Below, piece by piece: positions 28,212 to 37,629 of a stretch of 64,000 bases of DNA. Position 1 is the first letter of the stretch. Every line of letters starts with the position of its first letter. The notes below the pieces were generated by a model, which did no database searches, was not told the origin of the DNA, and saw only the letters and a list, made by a program, of their open reading frames with translations. The stretch is from an uncultured Acidobacteriota bacterium (GTDB lineage: Bacteria > Acidobacteriota > Vicinamibacteria > Fen-336), in assembly GCA_963831755.1 (NCBI GenBank), contig CAWHRC010000004.1, positions 303,490 through 367,489 of the forward strand, given 5' to 3'. The position numbers were made by a program, and so were the translations under genes.

Positions 28212-29882
28212 TCAGGCGCGGCCGCGGTAGCGCAGGGCGAGCACGGTCAGGTCGTCGTACTGCGCGACGTCGTTCGCGAACTCCTCGACCCGCTCGACCA
28301 GCCCTTGCACGAGCTCCTGTGCCGCGACGCCGGCGCAGGCCGCCAGGTACGACTCGAGGCGCAGCGCGTGGAACTCCTCCTCCTGGGCGTTGCGCGCCTC
28401 GACCACGCCGTCCGTGTACAGCAGGAGCCCGTCACCCGCGTCGAGCCGGGCACGCGACGCCCGGTAGTCGTGGTCCTCGACCGCGCCGAGCGCCGGGGAT
28501 ACGGCGCCGGCGAGCGGCGCGCAGCCGCCCCCGGCGTGCAGGCGGTAGGTCGGGTTGTGGCCGGCGTTGACGTACTCGAGCTCGCCGCTCGCCAGCTCCA
28601 GGCGGGCGGCGAAGGCGGTGACGAACATCGCGCGCTCGTTGTCGCGCGCCAGCTCCCGGTTCATGCGCGACACCGCCTCCGCCACCGACGAGGCGCCCGG
28701 CGCGATCGCGTGGAACAGGGTCTTCGTCACCGCCATGAACAGGGCCGCGCCGACGCCCTTGCCCGACACGTCCCCCACCAGCAGCCACAGCTGCCCGCCG
28801 TCGCCGACGACGTCGTAGAGGTCGCCGCCGACCGAGCGCGCCGGCCGCAGCACGGCCGCGATCTCGACCTCGGGGCGCGCGGGGAACGAGCGCGGCAGCA
28901 TCGCCATCTGGATGTCGTGTGCCAGCTCGAGCTCCTTGTCGAGCAGGCGCCGGCGCGCGGTCTCCTCCGTGAGCGCGATCGTCCGGATGCGCAGCGCGGC
29001 CGCCGCCGCCAGGGCCACCAGCAGCTCGAGGTCGTCCTCGCTGAACGGCCTGGGGCGGCGCCTCGCGCTCAGCACGATCATGCCGAGGCAGCCCTCGCTG
29101 TCGAGCAGCGGCGCCGCCAGAATGCCGCGCGCGCCGGAGGCGACGATGCTCTCCGAAGCGGAGAAGCGCTCGTCGAGGCCGGCATCGACGACCAGCGCGG
29201 CGACGCCCTTGCCGGTCACCTCCTGCGCCAGCCGCCTCGAGTAGAGGTACTCCCCGCCCACGCCCGGCGCGCGGCGGCTCGCCGCCCGGTCGAACCCGCC
29301 GTCCGGGCGCTGCAGGAAGATCGCGCCCTCGTCCGGCGAGAGCTGGGCGAAGGCCCGGTCCAGGATCAGGTCCAGCAGGGCCCCCAGCGCGATCGGCCGC
29401 GCCAGCGCGCGGTGCACCTCGTTCAGCAGCTTCAGCCGGCCCGCGAGCAGGGCCTCGTCGGCGCTGCGCGCCGGCCGTTCCGCCGCCAGCAGCATCGTCG
29501 CGGAGCGCAGGATCGTGCTGTCGGGCAGTCGCTCGTCCTCGGCCCCGGCGAGCCCGTCGCCGGCCGGACCCGCGCCGGACGCGCCGTCCTGGCCCTCGAT
29601 CACGACGCGGCTCTCTGCGAGCCGGATCACGTCCCCGGGGCGCACCGGCATCGCGCCCGAGACCGGCCGGTCGTTGAGGAAGGTGGTGTTGCGCGAGCCC
29701 AGGTCCTCCACGAACCAGGCCCCGTCGCGCACGAACAGCCGCGCGTGCAGCCGCGACAGGAAGCGGTCCGCCAGCACCACGTCGGCCTTCGACGAGCGGC
29801 CGAGGACCAGGGCCGCGCCCTGCGCCTGGTGTCGGAAGACGGGGCCGTCGCGCGGCTCGAGTCGCAGGTTCAGGGTGCCCAC
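28212..29882 (-). CDS. FHA - GAF - PP2C (SpoIIE/RsbU-like) protein phosphatase
   Basis: N-terminal FHA (LVLGRSSKADVVL...SRLHARL...GSRNTTFLN), a central GAF, and C-terminal PP2C motifs (VGDVSGKGVGAALFMA, DGVVEARN, YDDLTVLAL). Confidence 0.85.
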   Translation of the reverse strand: MGTLNLRLEPRDGPVFRHQAQGAALVLGRSSKADVVLADRFLSRLHARLFVRDGAWFVEDLGSRNTTFLNDRPVSGAMPVRPGDVIRLAESRVVIEGQDGASGAGPAGDGLAGAEDERLPDSTILRSATMLLAAERPARSADEALLAGRLKLLNEVHRALARPIALGALLDLILDRAFAQLSPDEGAIFLQRPDGGFDRAASRRAPGVGGEYLYSRRLAQEVTGKGVAALVVDAGLDERFSASESIVASGARGILAAPLLDSEGCLGMIVLSARRRPRPFSEDDLELLVALAAAAALRIRTIALTEETARRRLLDKELELAHDIQMAMLPRSFPARPEVEIAAVLRPARSVGGDLYDVVGDGGQLWLLVGDVSGKGVGAALFMAVTKTLFHAIAPGASSVAEAVSRMNRELARDNERAMFVTAFAARLELASGELEYVNAGHNPTYRLHAGGGCAPLAGAVSPALGAVEDHDYRASRARLDAGDGLLLYTDGVVEARNAQEEEFHALRLESYLAACAGVAAQELVQGLVERVEEFANDVAQYDDLTVLALRYRGRA

Positions 29883-29888
29883 GGCCCC

Positions 29889-30224
29889 CTACCCCAGGCG
29901 TGCCAGCGCCTGGGCCCTGGCCGGCTCGATGGTGAACAGCGGCAGGAAGCCGGCCAGCTCGAGCACGGTGCGGACACCCGGCCCCAGCCCGCACAGCACC
30001 AGCGCCGCCGGCGGCTGCTTCAGCCGCTTGGCCGCCATCAGCAGCACGCGCAGCCCCGCGCTGCTGATGTACTCGACCCCGGCCAGGTCGATCACGACCC
30101 GCCGCTCGCCCGCGTCCAGCCGGGAGCCGACGAGCTGCTCGAGCTCGCTCGAGCTCACCGAGTCGAGGCGGCCGGCCGGCGCGATCACCAGCGTCCCCGC
30201 CGACCGTTCTTCGCCGATCTGCAT
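29889..30224 (-). CDS. STAS-domain anti-sigma-factor antagonist (RsbV/SpoIIAA-like)
   Basis: DLAGVEYISSAGLRVL phosphorylatable-Ser motif. 111 aa. Confidence 0.85.
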   Translation of the reverse strand: MQIGEERSAGTLVIAPAGRLDSVSSSELEQLVGSRLDAGERRVVIDLAGVEYISSAGLRVLLMAAKRLKQPPAALVLCGLGPGVRTVLELAGFLPLFTIEPARAQALARLG

Positions 30225-30270
30225 CGATCCTCCCTGCCCCCGCGCCCGAAACCGCCCTCTCCGCGCCGCC

Positions 30271-30711
30271 TCAGGCCTCGACGGGCACCAGCCGTCGTCG
30301 CAGCTTCAGGTGGTTGCGCCCGTCGCGGCGCTCGTAGGCCACGTCGTCCATCAGCCGCCGCACCAGCAGCAGGCCCAGGCCTCCGAGCGGGCGTTCCTCG
30401 ACGCCGAGCGAGGTGTCGGGCGCCTCGGCCGCCAGCGGGTCGAAGGCCGGTCCGTCGTCGCTGACGACGAGCTCGCACAACGGCGGCGCCGCCGCCGCGT
30501 CGAGCGAGAGCACGACCTCGACGCGAGCACCCTCGCCCCGGCCCGCGAGCGCGTGCCGCACGACGTTCGCCAGGACCTCGTCGAGCGAGACGTCCATGGG
30601 CCAGGTGACGGCCCGCGAGAGGCCGTGCTCGGTCCACAGCGCCGCCAGGGCGTCGAGTGCTGTGCGCACGCCCTCGTCCGTCCCGGGCACGCTCAGGCGG
30701 CGGGTCTCCAC
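30271..30711 (-). CDS. Anti-sigma regulatory factor / Ser-protein kinase (RsbW/SpoIIAB-like GHKL ATPase)
   Basis: N-box EVLANVVRHA and G-box ERPLGGLGLLLVRRL. 146 aa. First gene of the RsbW-RsbV-phosphatase operon on the minus strand. Confidence 0.8.
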   Translation of the reverse strand: METRRLSVPGTDEGVRTALDALAALWTEHGLSRAVTWPMDVSLDEVLANVVRHALAGRGEGARVEVVLSLDAAAAPPLCELVVSDDGPAFDPLAAEAPDTSLGVEERPLGGLGLLLVRRLMDDVAYERRDGRNHLKLRRRLVPVEA

Positions 30712-30863
30712 CGGTCCGGCTCCCTTTCCTGGAGGAAGAGGGCGGAATCATACCCGGAGCGTTTGGGCAGCGTCGAATCGTGCTATGGTCGGCCATCCAA
30801 CTCCACACACGTCGAGGAATTGGGGCCGCCGTTCCCCAACTTTCGGGCGGGCGGCGTGTAGTT

Positions 30864-31406
30864 ATGCTCGATGGGGATCAGGACGCCGCTCTCGTGGCCC
30901 GCTGTCTCGCAGGCGAGGTCGACGCCTTCGAGCCGCTCGTCCTGCGCTACCAGCGGCCGCTCTACAACGTCGCCCTGCGCATGCTGGGCGACCGCGAGGA
31001 GGCCCGTGACGTCGTCCAGGACGCGTTCCTCAAGGCCTACGAGAAGCTCTCGTCCTTCGATCCCCGCTACCGCTTCTTCAGCTGGGTGTACCGCATCGTG
31101 CTGAACGCGTCACTGAACGCCCGTGAGCGGCGCAAGGCAGGCGACCCGCTGACGGTCGAGCCGGCAGCGACCGGCGACGGTCCGGAGGAGGCGTTCCGTG
31201 CACGCGAGCGCCAGGACGGCGTGCAGTCGGCGCTGCTGTCGCTGCCGATCGACGACCGGCTGGTGCTGGTGCTGCGGCACTTCGCCGAGCTCAGCTACGC
31301 CGAGATCGGCGAGGCGCTGGGGGTCGCGGAGAAGACCGTCAAGTCGCGGCTACACGAGGCCCGTCAGAGACTGGGCCGCCAGCTGGAGTCGAGGAGCGTG
31401 CGATGA
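30864..31406 (+). CDS. ECF (group 4) sigma-70 factor
   Basis: Region 2 (LYNVALRMLGDREEARDVVQDAFLKAY) and region 4 HTH (LSYAEIGEALGVAEKTVKSRLHEAR). 180 aa. Confidence 0.9.
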   Translation: MLDGDQDAALVARCLAGEVDAFEPLVLRYQRPLYNVALRMLGDREEARDVVQDAFLKAYEKLSSFDPRYRFFSWVYRIVLNASLNARERRKAGDPLTVEPAATGDGPEEAFRARERQDGVQSALLSLPIDDRLVLVLRHFAELSYAEIGEALGVAEKTVKSRLHEARQRLGRQLESRSVR

Positions 31407-32611
31407 GCCGCAAGACCGTGGAGGAGCTGATCGACGGCGACGTGGAGGCGACCAACACGCCGGCCGAGGCCCAGCTGCTGGCGTGGCAAGCGGCCTCTGA
31501 CCCTGCGCTGGCCGACCGCCTGGAGGCCCACCGGCGCGCCCGGCGGGCCCTGGCAGCCGTCGCCCCGGCCGAGGCACCCGCCGGCCTCGCGGCGTTCGTG
31601 ATGCAGGCGCTGCGCCAGCGCGCGAGCGCCGGTGCTCGCCAACTTTCCTCGTGGCGCCGTGTACTTGGGTTCAAAGCCCCCGAAATCGGCTCGCCGGATA
31701 CCCGGCGACGTGACTGGACTGGAGGAGGAAGCATGACGAGCAAGAAGGTGTTGCTGGGAATCGCAGCTGTCGCGGTCATCGCGATCGCGATCTTCGCCGT
31801 CACCGGCTTCCCGCCGGTGGGACCGGGGGCTGCCGGGACCGTCGGCGCGGCCAAGCGCTACCAGTCCCAGCAGATGAGCGGAAACGACGTGGTCCTCCAG
31901 GACCCGGCCGTGCAGCAGCTGCTCCAGAGCGACTCCTTCCGCAGGCTGATCGCGGACAAGGAGACGCGGGCCGTGCTCGCGTCCAAGGACTTCCAGAAGG
32001 CCATGTCGGACGCCTCCGTGCAGGCGTTCGTCGCACAGATGGCACGAGACCAGGCGCTGGCGGGCGCCGTCTCCAACGCGGCGCGCGACGGTGCAGTGCA
32101 GAACCTGATGCAAAGGGCGGCGGCCGACCAGGCCGTCCTGGGCGCACTCAGCAGGGCCCTCGACAACGCCGCCGTCGAGAGGGCTCTCGACAACGCGGCG
32201 TCACAGGCGGCCAGCCAGGCGGCTTCGCGGGCGGCATCGCAGGCCGCCGCCGGTCAGGCCGCGTCGCAGGCGCTCTCGCAGGCCGCCGCCCAGGCGGCGA
32301 TCGCGCAGGCCGTCAGCGGCGCGACGAACAACGCCGCGGCGGCGCAGCTGCTCTCGCTGGCGTCGCAGAATGCCGCGTTCGCCCGGCTCGCCGCCAACGA
32401 CGCCTTCCAGAAGGCCCTGGCCGACCAGGCGTTCACCGGCCTGATGGCCAACGCGAACTTCGCCGGCCTGATCGCGAACCCGGCATTCGCGCTGGCGCTG
32501 CAGGACCGGGCGGTCCAGAACGCGATCAGCAACGGCGCGCTCTCGGCGGCCGTCCAGAGCGCGGCGGCCGCAGCCGACAGCGCCATGAGCGGCGGCGCCA
32601 GCCAGCGCTGA
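31403..32611 (+). CDS. Putative single-pass transmembrane anti-sigma factor with an Ala/Gln-rich repetitive periplasmic domain
   Basis: ATGA start/stop overlap with the ECF sigma gene. A cytoplasmic N-domain of about 110 aa, a TM helix (VLLGIAAVAVIAIAIFAVTGF), then a roughly 270-aa low-complexity domain with short tandem motifs (AASQAASQAASRAASQAAAGQAASQA; NxAFxxLxA periodicity). Confidence 0.55.
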   Translation: MSRKTVEELIDGDVEATNTPAEAQLLAWQAASDPALADRLEAHRRARRALAAVAPAEAPAGLAAFVMQALRQRASAGARQLSSWRRVLGFKAPEIGSPDTRRRDWTGGGSMTSKKVLLGIAAVAVIAIAIFAVTGFPPVGPGAAGTVGAAKRYQSQQMSGNDVVLQDPAVQQLLQSDSFRRLIADKETRAVLASKDFQKAMSDASVQAFVAQMARDQALAGAVSNAARDGAVQNLMQRAAADQAVLGALSRALDNAAVERALDNAASQAASQAASRAASQAAAGQAASQALSQAAAQAAIAQAVSGATNNAAAAQLLSLASQNAAFARLAANDAFQKALADQAFTGLMANANFAGLIANPAFALALQDRAVQNAISNGALSAAVQSAAAAADSAMSGGASQR

Positions 32612-32717
32612 GCACCGCGCGCGCAGCGGCTGGACCGCAAGCCCCGGCACGACGACCAGTCCCGGCACGACGGGGAGCGCCACGGGGGGCGCTCCTCGTC
32701 GTGTCATTCCGGCGAAG

Positions 32718-35672
32718 GTGAACCGATTGCGGAGACCTGCCGCCCTCCTCCTGGCGCCGCTGCTTTTGGCCGGCGCCGCCCGGCCCGCCCTGGCCCAGCT
32801 CAAGGAGCTGGACACGAAGGACCTGCGGCTCGTCTACTTCGACCCGTCGCTCAGCTACCTGACTCCCCACGTCGGCCGCTGCTTCGAGAACGCGCTCGCG
32901 TTCCACCGCAAGCTGTTCGACTATCGCCCGTCCGGCAAGGTCACGGTGCTGCTCGACGACTTCTCCGACTACGGCAACGCGGCCGCGACCGCCGTACCGC
33001 GACCTTTCGTGAAGGTCGACGTCGCCCCGCTGTCCTTCGCGTTCGAGACGGTGGTCGCGAACGAGCGCATGAACTGGCTGATGAACCACGAGCTGGTCCA
33101 CGTGGCCGCCGCCGACCAGGCCGCCGGCAGCGACCGGCTCTTCCGCGGCCTGTTCCGGGGCACGGTGGCTGCCGTCCCGGAGCAGCCCGAGAGCATCCTC
33201 TACTTCTACCTGACCGCGCCGCGGGCGGCGGCGCCGCGCTGGTACCAGGAAGGCCTGGCCGTCTTCGTCGAGACCTGGATGGCCGGCGGCCAGGGACGGG
33301 CGCAGGGCGCGTACGACGAGATGGTCTTCCGCTCGCTGGTCAAGGACGGCGCGCGCTTCTACGACCCGCTCGGCCTCGTCTCGGAGGGCGTGAAGGTCGA
33401 CTTCCAGACCGAGGTCAACTCCTACCTCTACGGCACCCGTTTCCTGAGCTACCTGGCGCAGCGCTACTCCCCGGAATCGGTCGTGAGCTGGGGCGCGCGC
33501 GGCCCGGGCAGCCGGGCCTACTACGCGTCGCAGTTCGAGCACGTCTTCGGGCTGCCGCTCGAGCGGGCCTGGCGCGAGTGGGAGTCCTTCGAGCGCGCCT
33601 TCCAGCAGAAGAACCTGGAAGCCATCCGCCAGTACCCCCTGACACCGTACCGCGACCTCTCGAAGCAGGCGCTCGGCTCGGTCTCGCGGGCCTACTACGA
33701 CGAGAAGGCCCAGGCGCTCTACGCCGGCTTCAACTACCCCGGCATCGTCTCGCACCTCGGGGCGATCGCGCTCGCCGACGGCTCGCTGCGCCGCATCGCC
33801 GACATCAAGGGGCCCCGCATCTACACGGTCACCTCGCTGGCCTGGGACCCCGGCACGCGCACGCTCTTCTACACCGCGGACAACAACGCCTACCGCGACC
33901 TGATCGCCGTCGACCCCGCGACCGGCCGCCGCCGGATGCTGCTTCGGGACGCGCGCATCGGCGAGCTGGCGTTCGACCGCAGCGACCGCTCGCTGTGGGG
34001 CGTGCGCACGCTGAACGGGATCGCCACGCTCGTGAAGCTCCCCTACCCCTACCGCGACTGGACCTCCGTCCACGCCTGGCCCTACGGCGAGGTCGTCTAC
34101 GACCTGGACGTCGCGCCGGACGGCAAGCTGCTCTCGGCCTCGGTGGGCGACGCCAGCGGCCGCCAGTCGCTGCGCGTGATGAGCACCGCGGCGCTGGCCA
34201 GGGGCGACGCGACGGCCGTGGCCAGCTTCGACTTCGGCAGCGCGATCCCGTCGAACTTCGTGTTCTCCCCCGACGGCCGCTACCTGTTCGGCAGCTCGTA
34301 CTACACGGGCGTCTCGAACGTCTTCCGCTTCGAGATCGCGACGCGCGCCCTCGAGGCCGTGAGCAACACCGAGACCGGGTTCTTCCGCCCCATCCCGCTG
34401 TCGAGCGACGAGCTGATCGTCCTGCGCTACACCGGTCGGGGCTTCGTGCCGGCGCGCATCGAGGCGAAGCCGCTCGCCGACGTGAACCCGATCACGTTCC
34501 TCGGCCAGCAGATCGCCGAGACGCACCCGGTGGTCAAGGAGTGGAAGCTCGGCTCGCCGGCCTCGGTGCCGCTCGACACGCTGGTCACCGGCCGCGGCTC
34601 CTACCGCTCGCTCGGCAAGATCGGCCTCGAGTCCGTCTACCCCGTGGTCCAGGGCTACAAGGACCTCGCGGCGGTGGGCCTGCGGGCCAACTTCTCCGAC
34701 CCGGTCATGCTGAACCGCGCCAGCCTGACCGCGTCGTACACGCCCGGCGGCGAGCTGCCCGCGAGGGAGCGCACCCACGTGCAGGCGGAGCTCCAGCGCT
34801 ACGACTGGTCGCTCGGCTTCCGCTGGAACGGCGCCGACTTCTACGACCTCGTCGGCCCCACCCGCACCAGCCTCAAGGGCTACGCCACGGGCGTGGGCTT
34901 TCGGCGCACGCTCGTCTACGACCAGCCGCGCGAGCTCGTGCTGAAGCTCGACGCGACCTACTACGGCGGCCTCGACCGCCTGCCCGACTACCAGGGCGTC
35001 GCCACCAGCTTCACCAGCGAGCTCGCGACGCGCGCCCGCCTGAGCTACTGCGACCTGCGGCACTCGCTCGGCTACGTCGACGAGGGAGAGAAGGGCATCG
35101 CCTGGGACATCGGCTACGCGGGCGACAGCGTGAAGGGCGCGTTCTTCCCGAGGCTCTACGCCGACCTCGACCTCGGCACGCAGCTTCCGCTGCGCCACTC
35201 GTCCGTCTGGCTGCGCACCGCCGCCGGCACGGCGCTGCGCGGCGCGCGCGACGAGCCGTTCGCGAACTTCTACTTCGGCGGCTTCCGCAACAACTGGGTC
35301 GACTGGCGCGACGAGCAGCGCTACCGCGAGCCGTCGGCCTTCCCCGGGCTGGAGATCAACGAGCTGGGCGGAAGGAGCTTCGCGAAGGCGATGCTCGAAT
35401 GGAACCTGCCGCCGATCCGCTTCCGGCGCGTCGGCAAGCCCGGGTTCTACCTGACGTGGGCGCGGCCGGCCGTGTTCGCGACCGCGCTCGTGACGAACCC
35501 CGACCAGCTCTCCCTGAGGCGCACGATCGGCAACGTCGGCTCGCAGCTGGACTTCCGGCTGGGCGTGCTGTCGCGGCTCGAGATGACGCTCTCGGCCGGC
35601 TACGCGGTCGCCTTCGAGTCGGGTCAGGCCCGCCGCAGCGAGGCGATGCTCTCGCTGAAGCTGCTCCGCTGA
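32718..35672 (+). CDS. Large secreted protein: N-terminal HExxH (zincin-like) region + PD40/TolB-like beta-propeller repeats + C-terminal beta-rich domain
   Basis: Signal peptide MNRLRRPAALLLAPLLLAGAARPALA. A HELVHVAAAD motif. Repeated xDGKLL / SPDGRYLF propeller blades. 984 aa uninterrupted. The protease assignment is inferred. Confidence 0.6.
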   Translation: MNRLRRPAALLLAPLLLAGAARPALAQLKELDTKDLRLVYFDPSLSYLTPHVGRCFENALAFHRKLFDYRPSGKVTVLLDDFSDYGNAAATAVPRPFVKVDVAPLSFAFETVVANERMNWLMNHELVHVAAADQAAGSDRLFRGLFRGTVAAVPEQPESILYFYLTAPRAAAPRWYQEGLAVFVETWMAGGQGRAQGAYDEMVFRSLVKDGARFYDPLGLVSEGVKVDFQTEVNSYLYGTRFLSYLAQRYSPESVVSWGARGPGSRAYYASQFEHVFGLPLERAWREWESFERAFQQKNLEAIRQYPLTPYRDLSKQALGSVSRAYYDEKAQALYAGFNYPGIVSHLGAIALADGSLRRIADIKGPRIYTVTSLAWDPGTRTLFYTADNNAYRDLIAVDPATGRRRMLLRDARIGELAFDRSDRSLWGVRTLNGIATLVKLPYPYRDWTSVHAWPYGEVVYDLDVAPDGKLLSASVGDASGRQSLRVMSTAALARGDATAVASFDFGSAIPSNFVFSPDGRYLFGSSYYTGVSNVFRFEIATRALEAVSNTETGFFRPIPLSSDELIVLRYTGRGFVPARIEAKPLADVNPITFLGQQIAETHPVVKEWKLGSPASVPLDTLVTGRGSYRSLGKIGLESVYPVVQGYKDLAAVGLRANFSDPVMLNRASLTASYTPGGELPARERTHVQAELQRYDWSLGFRWNGADFYDLVGPTRTSLKGYATGVGFRRTLVYDQPRELVLKLDATYYGGLDRLPDYQGVATSFTSELATRARLSYCDLRHSLGYVDEGEKGIAWDIGYAGDSVKGAFFPRLYADLDLGTQLPLRHSSVWLRTAAGTALRGARDEPFANFYFGGFRNNWVDWRDEQRYREPSAFPGLEINELGGRSFAKAMLEWNLPPIRFRRVGKPGFYLTWARPAVFATALVTNPDQLSLRRTIGNVGSQLDFRLGVLSRLEMTLSAGYAVAFESGQARRSEAMLSLKLLR

Positions 35673-35714
35673 TCCCCGGGGCCGCGCTTTACGCGGCGCG
35701 TCCCGCGTACGAGA

Positions 35715-36743
35715 ATGCCGCGCCGTGGGCCCCCGGTGAACGTCGCGGCCGCCCTGCTGCCGGTCCTGCTGTTCCTGTGCCTGCTGGTGCTGCTGGACAG
35801 CTTCAAGCTGGTGAAGCTCCGCTCCGTGCTGCTGGCGCTGGCCGCGGGTGGGGCCGCGGCCCTGCTCGGCGTGCGGCTGAACGAGGCGCTGCTCGACGCG
35901 ACCGGCTGTCCGGCGGCGGCCTTCTCGCGCTACGGGGCCCCCGTGATCGAGGAGACGCTGAAGGCGGCCTGGGTCGTGCTCCTGATCCGGCGCCGGCGCG
36001 TGGGCTTCCTGGTGGACGCGGCGATCCTCGGCTTCGCGGTGGGCGCGGGCTTCGCTCTCGTCGAGAACGTCGAGTACCTGTGGGCCCTGGCCGAGCCGCG
36101 AGCGCTGCTGTGGCTGGTGCGCGGCTTCGGCACGGCCGTGCTGCACGGGGCGGCCACCGCCGTCTTCGCCATGCTCGCCAAGGGCCTGTCGGATCGCCAC
36201 CCGGCCTGGCCGCGCGCCGCGCTCGCGCCCGGCCTGCTGGTCGCCACCGCCGTGCACTCGCTCTACAACCACTTCTTCCTGCCGCCGCTCCTCGCGACGG
36301 GCGTGCTGCTGGCGGCGCTGCCGCTGCTGGTGGTGGTGGTCTTCGAGCGCAGCGAGCGGGCGACGCGCCACTGGCTCGGCGTCGGGATCGACAGCGACCT
36401 CGAGCTGGTCGAGTCGATCGTCAGCGGCCAGGCGCTGCGGACGCGCACCGGCGACTACCTGCGGGCGCTGTCGCTCCGCTTCCCGGGCGAGGTGGTCGCC
36501 GACATGCTCTGCCTTGTCCGCATCCAGGCCGAGCTGGCGATCCGCGCCAAGGGCCTGCTGCTCGCGCGCGAGGCGGGGCTCGAGGCGCCGGTGGGCGAGG
36601 ACGTCCGCGCGAACCTGCGGGAGCTGCGCTACCTCGAGCGGTCGATCGGCCGCACGGGGCTGTTGGCGCTCGGGCCCCTGCTGCGCCGCGGCAGCCGCGA
36701 CCTGTGGCAGCTGTCCCTGCTGGAGGAGGCCGGGCCACGCTGA
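35715..36743 (+). CDS. PrsW-family intramembrane metalloprotease
   Basis: Multi-TM protein carrying the PrsW signature blocks EETLKA, GFALVENVEYL, LHGAATAVFA and HSLYN. Lies 43 nt downstream of the HExxH protein. Confidence 0.75.
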   Translation: MPRRGPPVNVAAALLPVLLFLCLLVLLDSFKLVKLRSVLLALAAGGAAALLGVRLNEALLDATGCPAAAFSRYGAPVIEETLKAAWVVLLIRRRRVGFLVDAAILGFAVGAGFALVENVEYLWALAEPRALLWLVRGFGTAVLHGAATAVFAMLAKGLSDRHPAWPRAALAPGLLVATAVHSLYNHFFLPPLLATGVLLAALPLLVVVVFERSERATRHWLGVGIDSDLELVESIVSGQALRTRTGDYLRALSLRFPGEVVADMLCLVRIQAELAIRAKGLLLAREAGLEAPVGEDVRANLRELRYLERSIGRTGLLALGPLLRRGSRDLWQLSLLEEAGPR

Positions 36744-36764
36744 CGGCGGCGGAGTGGCCCGCCG

Positions 36765-37547
36765 CTACGGGGCCCAGCCCGCCTTGCGCTTGTCCAGGAA
36801 CGCGCGCAGGCCTTCCTGCCCCTCGGCGGAGGCGCGCCTCTCGGCGTTGAGCTGCGTGGTCGCGTCGCGCACGTCCTCGGGCGAGCGGCCTTCGACGGTG
36901 CGCAGCAGCGTCTTGGCGGCGGCGATCGCGCCGGGCGCCGCGTAGAGCAGCTCCCGCACGCGGGCCTCGACCGCCTGGTCCAGCTGCTCCGGCGGGACCA
37001 CGTGCCGCACCAGGCCGATGCGCGCGGCCTCCTCGGCCGAAAAGCGCTCGCCCGTGAGGAACAGCTCGCGCGCGGCCGACAGGCCGATCCGGCGCACGAC
37101 CCAGGGCGAGATCACCGCCGGCACGAGGCCCAGGCGCACCTCGCTGAAACCGAAGCGCGCGTCGGCGGCCGCTACCGCGATGTCCGCAGCGGCCACGAGG
37201 CCCGCGCCACCGCCCACCGCCGCCCCCTGGACGCGCGCGACGACCGGCTTCGGCGAGCGGTCGATGGCGAAGAAGAGCCCCGCCAGCGCGCGCGCGTCGT
37301 CGACGTTCTGCTCCCGCGAGTAGCCCGCGACCGCACGCATCCACTCGATGTCGGCGCCCGAGCTGAACACCGGTCCCTGGCCGCCGAGCACGATCACGCG
37401 CACTTGCTCGCTGGCGGAGACGGCCACGATCGCCGTGGTCAGCTCGCGCACCGTCTCGCCGTCGAAGGCGTTGCGCAGCTCAGGCCGCGCGAGGAACACG
37501 CGGGCGACCGGGCCGTCCAGCGTCACGTCGATGCGCGCTTGAGGCAT
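36765..37547 (-). CDS. Enoyl-CoA hydratase/isomerase (crotonase family; methylglutaconyl-CoA hydratase-like by context)
   Basis: Starts MPQARIDVTLDGPVARVFLARPELRNAF (ATG at 37547). Oxyanion-hole motifs GGQGPVFSSGADI and VQGAAVGGGAGL. Confidence 0.85.
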   Translation of the reverse strand: MPQARIDVTLDGPVARVFLARPELRNAFDGETVRELTTAIVAVSASEQVRVIVLGGQGPVFSSGADIEWMRAVAGYSREQNVDDARALAGLFFAIDRSPKPVVARVQGAAVGGGAGLVAAADIAVAAADARFGFSEVRLGLVPAVISPWVVRRIGLSAARELFLTGERFSAEEAARIGLVRHVVPPEQLDQAVEARVRELLYAAPGAIAAAKTLLRTVEGRSPEDVRDATTQLNAERRASAEGQEGLRAFLDKRKAGWAP

Positions 37548-37629
37548 GGCGGCAGTATGCCCGATCCGCCGCCCGCCGCGCTGCGGCCACGAGGGGCGTC
37601 GGTCTCCGCGGCTCCTCACCCGGTCCGGC

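Noticed and set aside
30712-30863. ECF-type autoregulated promoter (GGAAC-N16-CGT) upstream of the sigma gene
   Set aside because: Candidate AAC/CGT elements were found (GGAAT...CGTT, AAC-N14-CGT) but the spacing does not fit the ECF consensus, so this is not reported as a feature.
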